Assembly (NCBI RefSeq): GCF_964204865.1
Contig: NC_135255.1
Coordinates: 13,702,001 to 13,766,000 of the forward strand
Direction: 5' to 3'
Origin: Styela clava
Taxonomy: Eukaryota
Length of the DNA: 64,000 bases
Part shown: positions 11,101 through 25,100 of the stretch, piece after piece
Layout of the letters: every line of letters starts with the position of its first letter
How positions within the stretch are numbered: position 1 is the first letter of the stretch
The notes under the pieces: generated by a model
The model's database searches: none
What the model was told of the DNA's origin: nothing
The model's input: the letters and a program-made list of their open reading frames with translations, nothing else
Made by a program: the position numbers and the translations under genes

Positions 11101-12494
11101 CTAGTGACTTCACATTAGTTGTAGCTTGCAACTCTTTTAGTGATATGTTTTTCACTTATAATTCTTTGGAACTTCTTTCGAGAAACTAGTATAGCATATA
11201 GCAGTATGTATATATATAATCATTCCAACAATATAAAATTCATTTGTCACGACACCACTTTACGTTTAATTAATAAATGGCAGTGAAATTTTCCTTTTTT
11301 TTCATCCCCAGGTATATGGATTTCATGGTGCCACCACAACGACTAACGGAAACCCATGAATTGTTTCCTGATAAATTTATGCTTGCATCGGAGGCATGTG
11401 CAGGGGCAAATCCTTTAGCAAATAAAGGAGTGGTGATGGGCAGTTGGGAACGTGGCGAACGCTACAGTGACGATATTATTGAGGCAAGTTCATATTTCTA
11501 TTATTACTTATCGATCTTTAGATCGGTAAGTATGTTGATAGGTATTTGTCTGTTAGATGCACGCGATATCTCAAGAAGGCGTGGTTGAATCTGCTCCAAA
11601 TTTTGCATGTGCAATCATCATATCCCGGACCAGAAGCCTATGTCGTATATATATTAGCGAGTTATTACTTAATTAGGGATGGGACACGTGGTGTCACTAT
11701 AGAGTCATGAATCGAAACCGCAGTTTCGATCGATAAGTCTTCGGTCTCCGACCGATATTCTCGTTTATATTTTGAAAAGATTTCTGACTCTATAATAATT
11801 TTAAGTGTGAATTTGCAATCAGAATCAAGGTTTATATATGTGGAGCGCCAAATAAAGTATGTGGGAATGAGGACATCGCAAAACAATATTACAAATTTAC
11901 AGGATATAACAAACTACGTGAGTGGTTGGGTGGACTGGAACATTGCTCTTGATATGAGAGGGGGACCAAACTGGGTGAGAAACTTCGTTGATTCTCCAAT
12001 CATCGTCAACAAAGAATCCTACGAGTTTTACAAACAGCCCATGTTTTATCACATGGGTCATTTCAGGTTGTATATATATATATATTTATTTTCGTTGTAA
12101 TTTATATTCCAATATTCAACATGAAACTTGGCGAAAATTAGTCGAACTATACGCTATATATGAATAATATAACAACAAATCCTATGCAATTGAAACATTT
12201 TCCCCATATGACATTTCTTGTGTATTTTGAGTTGCGTCATAATTGATTATTTTTAATTTTAGCAAATTCGTCCCCGAAGGCTCAGTAAGGATTGAAAGCT
12301 TGGCGAATCAACTTCCATTTAATGTCAAACATGTTGCGTTTTTGAATCCAAATACTAACCAAATATCGTTAGTCGTTTTAAACAAGTCAGAGAACGATAT
12401 CATCATTACAGTTCGAGACTCGGCTTCTGGAGAAGTAGAAGACGTTTTGGAGAAAAGATCTATCAAAACATATGTTTGGTCACTTTATGTATGA
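8197..12494 (+). CDS. GBA1: Glucosylceramidase (glucocerebrosidase)-like GH30 hydrolase, 10 exons: 8197-8296, 8794-8994, 9455-9598, 9818-9951, 10032-10204, 10534-10681, 10772-10914, 11312-11483, 11903-12066, 12263-12494
   Basis: Motifs [54 protein letters not shown] (acid/base Glu), [13 protein letters not shown] (nucleophile Glu), [25 protein letters not shown] and [16 protein letters not shown]. Intron 8 has a GC donor. Orthology to GBA1 rather than a paralog is unproven. Confidence 0.93.
9093..9160 (+). mobile_element. Fragment of a hAT/Charlie-type MITE end in GBA intron 2
   Basis: cagggatgtgcaac...cgacccgcgggccaca...ggccc resembles the termini of the copies at 43981 and 45091-45355. Confidence 0.5.
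10211..10320. mobile_element. 110-bp palindromic MITE with an 8-bp TSD (aggtattg) that duplicates the GBA intron-5 donor
   Basis: Long imperfect inverted arms ctcctgaagtatgcgcac...cacaacctgaac and gttcaggttgtg...gtgcgcatacttcaggag. aggtattg occurs at 10203-10210 and 10321-10328. Internal ggttagggtt motif. Confidence 0.85.
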
Positions 12495-12627
12495 ATTCAA
12501 TAATAAAAAATACTTGGAAAGGTACATATTTACATCCAAACTGTATCTATTTAGTGTAAAATATTGTTTAGTCTACTCAGAAACGTTAAACAAGTATCAT
12601 TTCCTGGCTACGACAGATCGTTGTGAA

Positions 12628-12660
12628 CGGAGGGGATAGGATTTACATATTTATCTCGGT
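12628..12660 (-). repeat. SINE-like 3' end fragment; related copies at about 13000-13040 (+) and 16530-16630 (+)
   Basis: Shared motif tctccccc(g)-gataaat(a/g)tg(t)aaat(t)c in three places, one inverted. Confidence 0.5.
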
Positions 12661-15600
12661 CATCTTCATGCCCAGATTTCAACGCCAAAAAAGATTTGTA
12701 TCCTCGAGCATCGATTCGTAATATTAGGCAGTCAAGATGTTAAGACGACGATCAGCTGTCAATTAAAAGTTTAGTAGATGCTCAGGCCAGCCCTATCTCT
12801 TTTGAGTTGTTTTTCCCTCATTTTAAAACGATGTGTATAATAAATGCGACTTGTACGAGCTATACGCTGGGTTTGCTAATATAGGCGATATGGTTGGTAA
12901 CGTCATACACATATAAAATAGCGCCAATGCCATATGCATATACAGCCAATTAATTCTATGTATTTCTGGTAGCCTACAGTTGGTTATTCATCCAGGTTTA
13001 TCGCCTTTCATCTCCCCCGAGATAAATATGAAATTCCATTGGTGACATGGCAGGCTTATTCATTTTGGTAGGAGTACATAGGCTTGCTTGGTTAAAAGGA
13101 CTAACCGTACCGCTCCATCTTATTATTAGTAGTGTCGAAGCACAAAATCAGAACATACGGTATAGCATAAACAACCCAGTTTAACATGCTATAACGGTAC
13201 GTTACCTGGTGTTGCAGTATTCTGACATCGGACACGCGGGCATGGGACATCAGGCCACTGTCTGACTTTAGTAGACACCAATTAGGGTTAGTTCGGATAC
13301 CTATAATTTTTAATATCCAGATAACGGATATATCCGAGTATTCTGTATTTTAACTATCCGGCGAAACAGATAAGACAATGCGAAAAATCTAAAGGGGCAG
13401 GGGCGGGGGGAGGAAAATTATATTAAAATCGCCGATCGTTTTCTTCATCATGGCGTTGGTATTTAGGATGTGAAAATAATAGGTATTATGTCGGCAAAAT
13501 ATATTTCGGCGAATTATAGCCTAACTCTCTCTCGCAGTTCACATCAGATCATGCTGCCTGCATGGAGTTTATCATGGAGAACGAAGCTGGGAATACGGTA
13601 CTGGAATAACACGAACAGTCAAACGTCAAATGTAACGGATATTTGATGATGGATTCTATAAAAAAGACTAGTCTACTTATACAAAGCACATGAATTTTGA
13701 TTAAAACTAAAGTTAGAACGCCAGGGCGTGGAATGCTCTTGTCATATTTTACTTGGTTTGTTGTTGTTTACTTTTACGCTGCTTTTATTATTGTTGTTTA
13801 TCGTCCGGTACGGTAGACTATTAGTTGAGTGCATTTGTAATCAAATTAATTTTATCACATATTGCGCACCGCTTGTTTGTTTGTTGTGTTCTACAATTCA
13901 CGCTAGTCCCTTGTACAGATATAGTAGAAATTACACTCCATGTTGAAACTCCACATCCACAGTCAAGTATTTACGCCCGGATTATTTTTCGTGTCTCTCT
14001 TTTTTTTCCTTTAAATTTACTTCAATGTGTTGTTTGCTGTGTGGGGTAAGTGGGCACGTGCACCAGCACGTCTTAAATCTTTTTTAGATTTTGCCCACTT
14101 TCATGATTTTCCGTACATTGGTTTGTTTTGCCCTGTATTGCCTATTTGTTTTGTTGTAACGGAAAATCGAAATAAACACTTACACTTACTTACAAGTATT
14201 CCACTGGACATGTGCCACAAGGTCCTCGGAAAAGGTTTTTCCCCGGAACTGTGCGTAAAGTGTAAAAAAAAAACTCCTTATTATGTGATCATCTGAGACG
14301 AGACGTTAATACAAACTAAGGATTGAATCCGCAAATCCAATTTTCAAATGAAGATGAGGAGGTGAATATTGTAAGTATGTTTGGGTGTCTCGACTCTCGA
14401 GACAAACCGGTAAAATATATCGGAAAACACCATGAATATTGTTTTAGGAGTGCCTTGACAGATTTAAAAACTCATTTTTAGACGTGGTAAATCGCAAAAA
14501 TTCCGGAATTTTTAATCGGAAACATATTATATGATTTTATGGCCGAATTTTGGATTTTGCAAATGGCGTCGTGGTGACGTAATTTTTGGATGACGCAGCC
14601 AGGTCCAGCTGGGCCTGGGGGTTAGGATTGACATACTGGCATATGCAAAAATTGTTATGCTACGCCCACTAGAAGTACTTTATTAAGTATGAAACTACAC
14701 CAGACCCAGCGTCCAGCGATTCTAGGAATTTTAGTGGCAACATAGACCTGTCAGTCATAGATTTTACATAACGTTGTTCTGTTGTTATGCATTGTCTGTA
14801 TCAGTAGATAGAAGGCATTAACGGAGTGCAGAGGTAGGCTATGGCCTACATAAGAAATATAGGGGCATTTATTATTATTTGTTACAATATTCCATGCATG
14901 ACGAAATAAAATATCTGAATCTAGTACAATAACACATATTCAAGAAACACATTGTGGCAGTGAAACAAATGCAAAAATGGGATACTGTTATCAAATAAAA
15001 TAGACCTAAATTTTGATGATATACAGAAAGATGATTTTGTTCAATATATTTTATTGTGATGGAAGTTTTTTCCACAAACAATTTATTCTACATTATGGTC
15101 TGACGGTACTGAATACTGAAATATATGTGCCCCAAATAGATGTGGGGAAAGAAGTGAATTCTTTTAGACATTGCAAGACAAAATAGAAACTGGGATAAAC
15201 CGAAATTAAAAAAATGGCATTTTGAAATCAAAAATCTAAATGGACCTGAAAGATGATATTACTGGGATAATTGCGAAAGGAAAATAAAAAAATAATTGTT
15301 CTGAACTAAAAAAAGATGAAGAAAAAAAGAAATATTGTTACTGTATTGATGAATTCTTATAGGAAGGGAATGAATAGAACTACACATTTTCAGATTTTGG
15401 TATGAATGTGATGCAGTAACAGAGTAATGAGTATCTTATAGCCCTTTTAGTAAAGACTCAACGTTTCAACCCTAGGCCACAGTACTTATACCAGTATACA
15501 GCTTTCAGGCTTTGATGTTTCAGTGTTTGGTTGTGTAGAGACAATAATATCAAGTTGATTGAGTTTCGGTAATTCGGGCAAAACTAGTATTATTACCTGT

Positions 15601-16128
15601 AAATCGTGTTTAACTCAGATTCGTTGAATTAGGACAAAAACTGTTCATCTTATTGTAGAGAGTCAAGACAGAAAGTAACAGTATTTATTCGCAAGATATT
15701 GTATAATTGCTGAATTGTGTCGATCGAGTGGACAATAAAATATCAATTGTGTGCTGGTAAAGGCTACAGTAGTACGCAGAGCTATTCTAATTCACTTTCT
15801 CTATATGTCAGTACCGTATGTCTCGTGTGAAAAACTCATTCAAGGTTTTGGCAACATTCTTGAACCCAGTTTCTTGCGGTTTGTCAGGTACGATACCATG
15901 TGTTGTTAGCCAGATAACAGAGTTTAAAATATTGAAATATATCATCTCATCCATTACAACATTATTTCTTTTCAGATCTTTAATCAAATCTCCAAATATT
16001 TTTCTTTGTGTATTTGAAAGTTAAATACTGAAATAGTTTTTGAGTTCATGCAATAATTTTTACTCATCCATGACTAGTTGATGTTACTCAATCACTGATG
16101 TAACACACAGACACAGATACCACATGCT

Positions 16129-19100
16129 ATGCATTTTTCAATACCTGATACTCAAGAACTGAAAGACGAGAATGCGACCCCATATCAGGTATATTATTAC
16201 TGTATTAGATCATAATAAATCCTATAGATATCGGTTGTGCACTTTATTATTATGTCTGTATGTACCGATCCATGTATGGTGAGTATTGTAAATTGAATTT
16301 GAGATTGAGATTGCTAAATAATTGACAGCAATTTGTCTGGAGGAGGCTGCAATCCGAAAATATAAGACCTTTGTTTTTGTTGGGAATGTATAAGTTGAAC
16401 TTACATAGGCTACTATTTTTTCACTCAGCCAAATTTCCAAGCATGGTTAATGGTTACGAACATTGAAATTGTCGATTATTATGATTGTTCCTAAAATCTG
16501 ATTTCATTTTGCTAACTATTCCCATACCTGACATGAACTGGCAACCGGACGATAGGCGTGGTTCGCTATATGATTAAGCCATCTCATTTACTTTTCTCTC
16601 CCCCGTGATAAATGTGTAAATTCTGTCCTATTACTATGGAGTCTTCATTACAATTTTACTGAGTTCAAGATATTAAACTTGCAACAAAGGTGGTACATTT
16701 TTAAGACCGGACTACATTTTTTTCAGAAACTTTTTTACATTTATGCTTAGAACAGGTCTACCCAAGCATTCACTAATATAAGTTTTGCTTACTGGAAGAT
16801 TTTTCATGTACAAATTTATTTATTTTCCAGGCATTCAACATTCACATCAACGGTGTTCTACATTGCACCCTTCGATACAGTCAGCTAAGAGATTTAAATG
16901 ATCAGGTAATTCTTCTGTATATTTTATTCTGTATCCATATCTTTAATCAAAATTTCTCTGAGTCATATCTGTTATGGTTATGATAACAGTTATTCTATTT
17001 TGAAATGTTTGGAAATGCTTTTGTTTGCTAACACTTATAATGCATACCTGACCCAAGGTATATTCAACAGCTTTAAGCTAACTTAAGAACCTCTGTGCGA
17101 ATGTGATCTATTTAATTCTCTATTCAAAAATTAATACTTGTATCATGTGTACTCAGATGCTTATTGCTTTCTTAACAGATTAGAGATCAGTTTCCAACAT
17201 CGGAATTAGCTGATTTTCCCCCGAAGAAAGTTTTTTCACTAAGGGGTGAAAGTTTGAATGAGAGAAGAGTACAACTTGAAAAATACATTCAAAGTGGTAA
17301 ATAGACAAAATTCAGTCTTGGTCATTTTGTTTCTTACTCTTTATTCTGGGTGTCTCTTTCCTGCTTGTGCTGTTAATATGGTAGCGGAACACAGAAACAC
17401 ACCATACAGTTTAATACATTTTTAACACATTCAAGTATATCTGTTATGTTGAAATTCTTAGTTTTTATCTAGTACACACTTGTATAATCTGGTGCATCAC
17501 TGCTCTCTTTTAAGGGTTAGACAAATGAGCAGGGATTTGATTCTTATTGCATGTTATCCTCTTATAGGATTCACATTTATTTTTTCTTGTCTTTTTTATT
17601 AATTTTTATTTGAATGTCGAATTCCTAGCACTTTTAGCAATACTATATGTCCTGGTTAAGGTTTCTTTTGAATATGATTGGCTAGGGAGAAACAATTATA
17701 TATAAATATGTAGGGTTACCATATTTTTTGCGACTTCAAAGTGGGACGCCTCCAAAGACAACGACCCCTTAGCTGTGATTTTGTAACTTTACATTTTCCG
17801 TTTTTACTATACATTGGCCTACACATAAAGCTATCCCGACTGTCTTCATTGACCATTTTGTCATCGAGAATTCATGCGCATATTCTCTGTCCAAATATCG
17901 GGTTCAGTTCGAGAAAATGGAAAGGAATTGACGTTAACGATACCGATACAAATAATTCGAATTTAGACTAATTAGTATTGGTTTTACATGCGATATGTTT
18001 TCTAACAATGTTAGCGGGAAACAACAAAGTAAACGCATTCACCCACAGTAAGTAGGCTAGCGCTGCGCTACACAGAAAAACAGTAATGAGAACATGTTCG
18101 TGTACTATGCTGGATGGCTCAACGCCAAAGGGGGACTTTTGGCCGACTCGGGGGGACAGGGTGCTGAAAAGCGGGACTGTCCCGCCTAAAGCGGGACGTA
18201 TGGTAAGCCTATAAATATGCAACAAGTTTATTATCAAATTCTATATTTTTTTTTTGCAGTCGGTCAGAATCAAGAAATATGTGCATGTGGAACTTTCAGC
18301 TCATTTTTACATAAGGCTCAACAGGTAAATATCAGAATACAGAATATCAATTTTCAAAAAATTTCCTGGTATCAAGATAGAGCCGAGTTTAATCCAGAGA
18401 GTAAAATAAAGCTTCTTTTGCCGGCGTTCCGTTTTTGATTGTCAATATGTCTAAGAGTACCGGTTGACTGGTTAGGATTTATGTAAGGCTAGGTATTATC
18501 GTATCTTTTACTTCCTATTATGGCACAGTGAGCTCAGGGATATCCAGAGCAATTTGTTCAGAGCGTGAAATCAAGCAAAGCCATCTTCAAATGTGAATGA
18601 ATAGACTGATAATTTAAGGATTTTCGTAATACCAAATTTGTATGCTGGTTCTAAATTTGACATACCAGTGGAATATGGTTAACTACAAAAGTCAATGAAC
18701 TTTTTTTTCACAAGAATAGGTCTATTTACAAGCATTTATTTGAATATATTTCAATATATAGTTACTGCATGTTCGGTATCATTATCTTTAGTCAATGCTC
18801 AAAACAGGCTTAATTTGGAATGCGTTGTTGAAGAATAACTCTCCTCCAATAATAACTGAAGTACATTATTTCAAACACTGAAATTTTTATCCGAGATGTA
18901 TATTTAACATGGGCCTTTTTGCATTCAGGAAACACGGAGAGAAGAAACAATACCAGTTTCGTTAGATATATTTTTGATGAATGGAGCAAAAGTCACAATT
19001 GATATTAATAGCACAGATCAAACGAATGATGTTATAGAAGTAACTTTTTTTTAGTTTGACTTATTCAGGGAGAAAATGCACAGAATGCAACCCTCATATG

Positions 19101-22100
19101 AATGCACCATTGCATAAATATGCCTTTCTCAAATTCGATTTGTTCACTTAGCTAGTTGAATTGTGATGCAGAATAGTGGCAAAAGCCAAAAACCTCTTAT
19201 CAAGAAATACGAATACTGTATAATTTGAATTCCCGTGATATATATTTAGTTCATTATATCTACTTCAATGTTCACTACATTAACTTGCTATAAATAGAGA
19301 TCTATTTCTGTGAAAGTTAGCATCTGAAATGGTATTTTCAGAATGTTGCTGCATGTATCGGTATACCTGATGACTTCACATATTATTTTGGTCTTTATTT
19401 AATGAAATCTGAAAAAGATGGAAAGTTTTCGAGTAAGTATAGTCATATCCTGTTGATCATGTGTAATAATTATAATAGTTTATACTTTTTCGCAGCTTTA
19501 CTCCGATTACTAATATGTAAAAACCAACTATTTTTGAAGTTTCGAAATCTTTTCGTTTCGGTATTGCCTACCCAATGAGGTTTGGGAATCAAATCCAAGA
19601 TTTTCAATATGTGATGCTGATACCTGTCCCTTTAACAACAACTGTTCCATTGTGTCTACAAAAATGGTTGTGAATCACACATCTCGGGTTCAAATTCAAG
19701 CCTCTCCACGTCTCCCAGAGCAGAGTGTAGAAAAATGGGTAGTCAATGCCAACTTGGAATGATTCCTGCCTTCCCAAATAATAGCATCTTCTTTTATATC
19801 ATTAGATATCAGTGCTTGCTTGTACTGGGCCTTGTGCAGAGCGAAAGGCATGATTTAACATCGCATAAAATATTTGGCTGCCCTAATAGTTACTTCGAGG
19901 AGAAAAAAAGATTTCTGGTCACTTTCCAATCTGAGCTATTGGTCACTGAGAGGTCAATAATGGCAGCATCGTTGACTAATTTGTCTATAAAGTAGTCATC
20001 ATTGCAGTGAGCTTGCCTTGTCTTATGAATTTCAATTTAAGCTTTAAAGAAATCATTGCTAATGAGTTAGATCTGATTGATTATTGCTTGTTTGTTTATC
20101 CGGTATTCTTCAACATATCAGTGAGAAATTTATATCGACTCGTATTTACTTTTGGCAGTTGTACGAAAACTACAAGACTTTGAATCTCCCTATATATCCA
20201 TGAAAGCATTGACAGAACGGAGATCATATAAAATAACAATCAGAAAAGCATACTGGGATCAAGCATTTGATGACGATATTTTATCAGATACAACAACATT
20301 TAATCTTCTGCATGTACAGGTGAGAAAATTACAATTTGTGATCTTGTAGTTCTGATTCCGAAAGATTTGACATTGATATTTTTTTGTGATGTTTTGTACC
20401 TAAGCTTTAAAGAGAATGAGGCTGGTCATTTCGTTTTTATCCTGTTCATTCTGGTTTCTGTTTTTTCATTACTACGCTCCTTTGCCTAAATGGATCTAAT
20501 TACTCATATTTTTTTAGAAATACCTGTATTGCCTATAACAGTATACCGGAAGCCTACATTATATATAGCCCACAATAAGGCTGATGTCTGTAAATATTAT
20601 TTTGGTTAGATAATTATTTGTATTTCTATTTGAAGTAAAGTTGTGAAAACATTTTTAAATTGTGAAAAATAACCAGGGCTTAATGTGATATTGTAGACTA
20701 TAAATATTTGGTTGATGAGAGGAAAATTTTCAAAAAACTATTTTGTTTATAACATTTTTATTTCCCCTGTAGGCTCTCAGCGATGTTGAAATGGGCTGGA
20801 CAATATGTCCGAAAGATAATTTACAGAGATTAGAAAGTTTGCAAAATAGAGGATCAAAGAGAGAGGTGGGTTTTTTGATTTGTGAACTTTTTATACTTTT
20901 TTGGCCTTTTTAAATCCTATTCAGTATATCAGATTTCGCACTTCCTTGTTGAAAACATTCTTTAGATTAACTTTCTATGGTGTCAGCAACTTGTTCTCCC
21001 TGACAGCTCATTAATTACATTCAGAGTAAGAGGTTCTTTCTATTAACATTATGATTAATAACCTCTTTTAAAAGCCTATTTTTCCTCTAACTTCTTCAAA
21101 CTTTTTTTATCATGCACAGCCAAATATTTTTGCGACATCCAGAAACTAAAGTAAAAATTATTAAGTGAAATTTAACAATACAGCAAGAATTAAAAAATTT
21201 AATAAAATACCTTTAATGAGACCTGTGTGCTCACATATTCTCGTGCAAAAGCTCGAATCTCGGCTTTATTTAGGTGATGTTGGGTGATTTAGGTGATGTT
21301 TAGGTGATAATTTGTTTTAACACAATCAGTGTCGAAAAGGATTTACAGCAACCCACATTGAGACCCAAAGGGGTGCCGGGATCCTCGGTTTGAAGTGCCC
21401 TGTTTTAGATAATTATGAAATCAAGTCACTAAAAGTAGGTCCATACAATAGAGAAAAGAATGTTTATTATTTTTCTTGATATTGTTTTGTTATAAACAAT
21501 AGAAAATTTCATGGCTAGTTTATGTATTGTTTTTGCTTTAACATTTTAATATCATTTTCTAATAAATGTTCAATTATGTGAAAAGTAAATATATTTAATT
21601 TATTTTAATTTTATGATAACAAAAAGTCTTCATTTCTATTCATACTAATTTCATGCTGTGTCTTTATCTAACTTATGATTTTTTAATGATATTAGTTACG
21701 GATGTTTTGTGAATGATTATCAGGTGGTGAGACTGAGAGTGATTGTTTGTAAGTGGATCATGTTCCACTGTAACTAATTTGGGAAACAATGATGATAATG
21801 ATATTAATTTATATGGCTGTTAGTGCAATAACATTGTTTTTATAGTATTGACTAAATTAATTTAGTTTTACGATGCTGCATATTTATCTAATATTGTAAT
21901 TGTGATAGTTTTTTCTTAAGTAATAAATCCTATATTATTGCGCTGTTCCATAATAAAATATCATTTTTATTCACTTTACTCATTTTTTTCTTTTCTAATT
22001 CGGTTATTTGCTGGATTTTAAATAATATCATATTCTTATACCGGTATTGAAAGAGGTAATAGATGTTCAAATTTACCTTAAATTGTAAGTTTGAAATGAA

Positions 22101-25100
22101 TTTATATTTTAATTTCTTCATTTAATTATTAATATTCAGCATTCTATGTATTAGGTGATTTATGTCTAAGTATATTTTTGTTATCATTTTTCATTTTTAA
22201 ACTAAAAAACGAAAACTGTAGAAAATATTTTCCTGTTGTGAAATAATAAAAATTGGATTGGATGTGATTTTTCAAATATAATTATAAAATAACTGGATAA
22301 CTTTTAGGTTCATTTAAACATGTTTTTTCGCAAGTGTATTCATAATGAAACACATTTTATATCAGAATCCAACTTTAGACAAACACTTTGAAATACATCC
22401 TGCTGTGCTTTTGAGGCTCCATTAAATATATTTGATTCAATTATATTTGTTATGGTTCATTGTAGGAATGATTGGCAGGTGGTGAGAGAAATCATTATTA
22501 TGTAATTAGTTTTCCACTAACTAATTAGGAAGTTTATCATACTTCTATTTGCAAACATAACGCAACTGGTATTGTTTAATATAGTCAGTTAATGTGTAAT
22601 CAGATGTTAATTTTTTTTTATATCAAAACCTTGGACATCTGATCTTTGTCATATTGATATATTTTCTGTATTATTAAGCTTACTATTCAATAATAAAATA
22701 AGAAAAAATGCTTTTAGTGAAATGTAATGTATTATACTCGTTTGCATATTTTTATCTGTTTACGTGGATAATATTTTACTTAACAAAAAGGACCTAGAAG
22801 TCAATGTTTACTCAATGAGTTTAAATTTGGCATTGCAAGAAATTGACTTGATTGGCTGGTTCTCTAATTTCACATTTTCCATAAATTAAATAAGGGATTT
22901 TCAAGTCACACTTCAATTTCTCAAAATGCTAATTTTTCAAATATTTCTGTTTTAAACTATTCCTAGGATTAGAAGTTAAATAGATCAATTTTTGACTCAA
23001 TTCAAGTATTCGTTTCGGACTCTCCTGATTTAAACTTATTATATATAGTCTCTCTCTATGAATAGCAAGTACATTTGTGAGATTTTGTTAAATCATAGTC
23101 GAACTTCTTCAGACTGAACAAGATACAGAAAGTGATTTACTTGCTTATGTTACTTGCTGGTATACTGAGTCATGAATTACGTCATTCTTACCTTGTCCAA
23201 GCATCCTTGTGGCAACTGCCATATAAATACAAAGTAGGGAATAAACAAGGTGAAAGGACTTGTAGTCCGATACACAATATCCTTGTACTGGTCATCCCAT
23301 GTTGAATGTTTTATAAAGTTGATAGTTTCAATATAATGATTCAATTAATATAATTATAATATAATTTTAATAATAGGGTATAAAATTGCATTTCATTTTG
23401 CGCTTTTTTTTACCCAATAATTCTATTTACACAAATCGCCATACATACCTCTGAATTTTATAACACTATTCAATCCATTATTAATATCACTTGCTAGTCA
23501 TAAAATATTTACTTACCAAAATACATATATAAATTATAATGTGACAATCCTATGGGCCATAGATTCTAACATGTGTTGAGGCAGGCACATTTATTCAGTG
23601 CAATGTTTGTTTGTCTAGGCAAACATTTTATCATGTATTAGGCTGTAATGATGTTGAGTAATGCACTGACGTGTAAAGAATTGTTGCGTAATCAAATACC
23701 AAGGTCAATCTCGTGCAAAATAACTGTTTCAATTTTCAGTAAATAACTGAAGATATCATAATCAGCATGTTTTCTTTTCTTGCAGAGTTTGAAATTGTGT
23801 CGAACTCTTCGTCATTACGGTTATGTGCAATTTAAGCCATGCATCACTGATTTTCCAAGTGATAAAAGACGAGTTATTGTCAGCATGGGAAATTATGAAA
23901 TACATTTCAGGTGATACTAACTTTATTTTGTTTTATCATGTTATTTTGTATTATCCTTCATATTCATGTATGGATCAAAAGCTGGAAGCCTGCTGAAATA
24001 GTTTTTTGCACTTATATTATATGTCACAAGCTGAGATTGTATATGTAACTTGCATGCACATGTTTTATATCTCATTTAAAGTTTTGACAACTTTCCCGGT
24101 TATTTGTTCTGTGTATTGTAATTTTCAAACCAAGTTATCTATTTATCTGAAACATTTTCGTTCTAAAATTGTTTATTGTTGAGATAAAATAAAACATACG
24201 AGCAATAATGGTCATTATCAATGATTCTGCCTATTTTTTAATATACTCATGAACTTCAAAGCAAGTTAATTTCTTATGCAACATTAAAAGAAAAGAAATA
24301 TTGTTTCTATGTACGGTGTTTGATGAATGAATATTGCTTGAAATTTGAAATGAACAAAACATTTTATTTAAAACAGGGTTCAACTAGACAAATCTGAAGT
24401 AAAGGAAGCTGCATTTTCTGTAACAAGGATAAGATGCTGGCGGGTGAGTCGAGTTCGTTGGCTTAGTCAATTAGCTACCTGCTATTTCAAGCCATCCGTA
24501 ATTTCCCAAATGTTCTATTCTCACCATAATTCAATTTTGTTTTTAGGCATCATCGCAATTCAAGGAAAGTGTAGAGTTGAACCAAAATAGTCAAGTTGAA
24601 CAAGAACATCCAGTTCTTCAATTAAGTTTTGAATATCTTGTCAGTAAAGGAAATATGAAATGGATTTCTTTGATTAGTGATCAGGTACCGACACAGTGAT
24701 AGCATTTTTGTGGGTTTGAAAATAGTAAAAAAATTTGGTACTCCCTATGTGAACCGAGATGGCGGACATCGTAACATAGTACGTGTACCAGGTTAGGGTT
24801 AGGCTATAATTGTATTCAAATTTTCCTTATTTTAGTTTCAATATGAGTTCAGGGACTAGACAAGTGACTCCCGTGGTATTTGTACCTGAACTTATGGCCT
24901 AACCCTAACCTGGAAGCTACCATTTATATGGAAGGGCTGAAATGTTTTCAGTCCGGTATTGCTTACCCTGTTTATTACTTCCTGGGTAAATTGAAAGAAA
25001 TGGGATTTGAACTCGACATATAATCTGCGAGGCCAACACAGCAAAGTACAATACTTTAGCAGATAGGCCATTGTGCTATAGCCACACATTGAACCAATTT

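Noticed and set aside
21400-22900. Very AT-rich, T-skewed intron segment considered as a mitochondrial insertion
   Set aside because: No recognisable mitochondrial protein in the segment I translated with the ascidian mitochondrial code, and no obvious tRNA. Not all frames were checked.
23185-23305. Possible antisense exon in SNX17 intron 8 ending at a gtaag donor
   Set aside because: No partner exons and no recognisable product.
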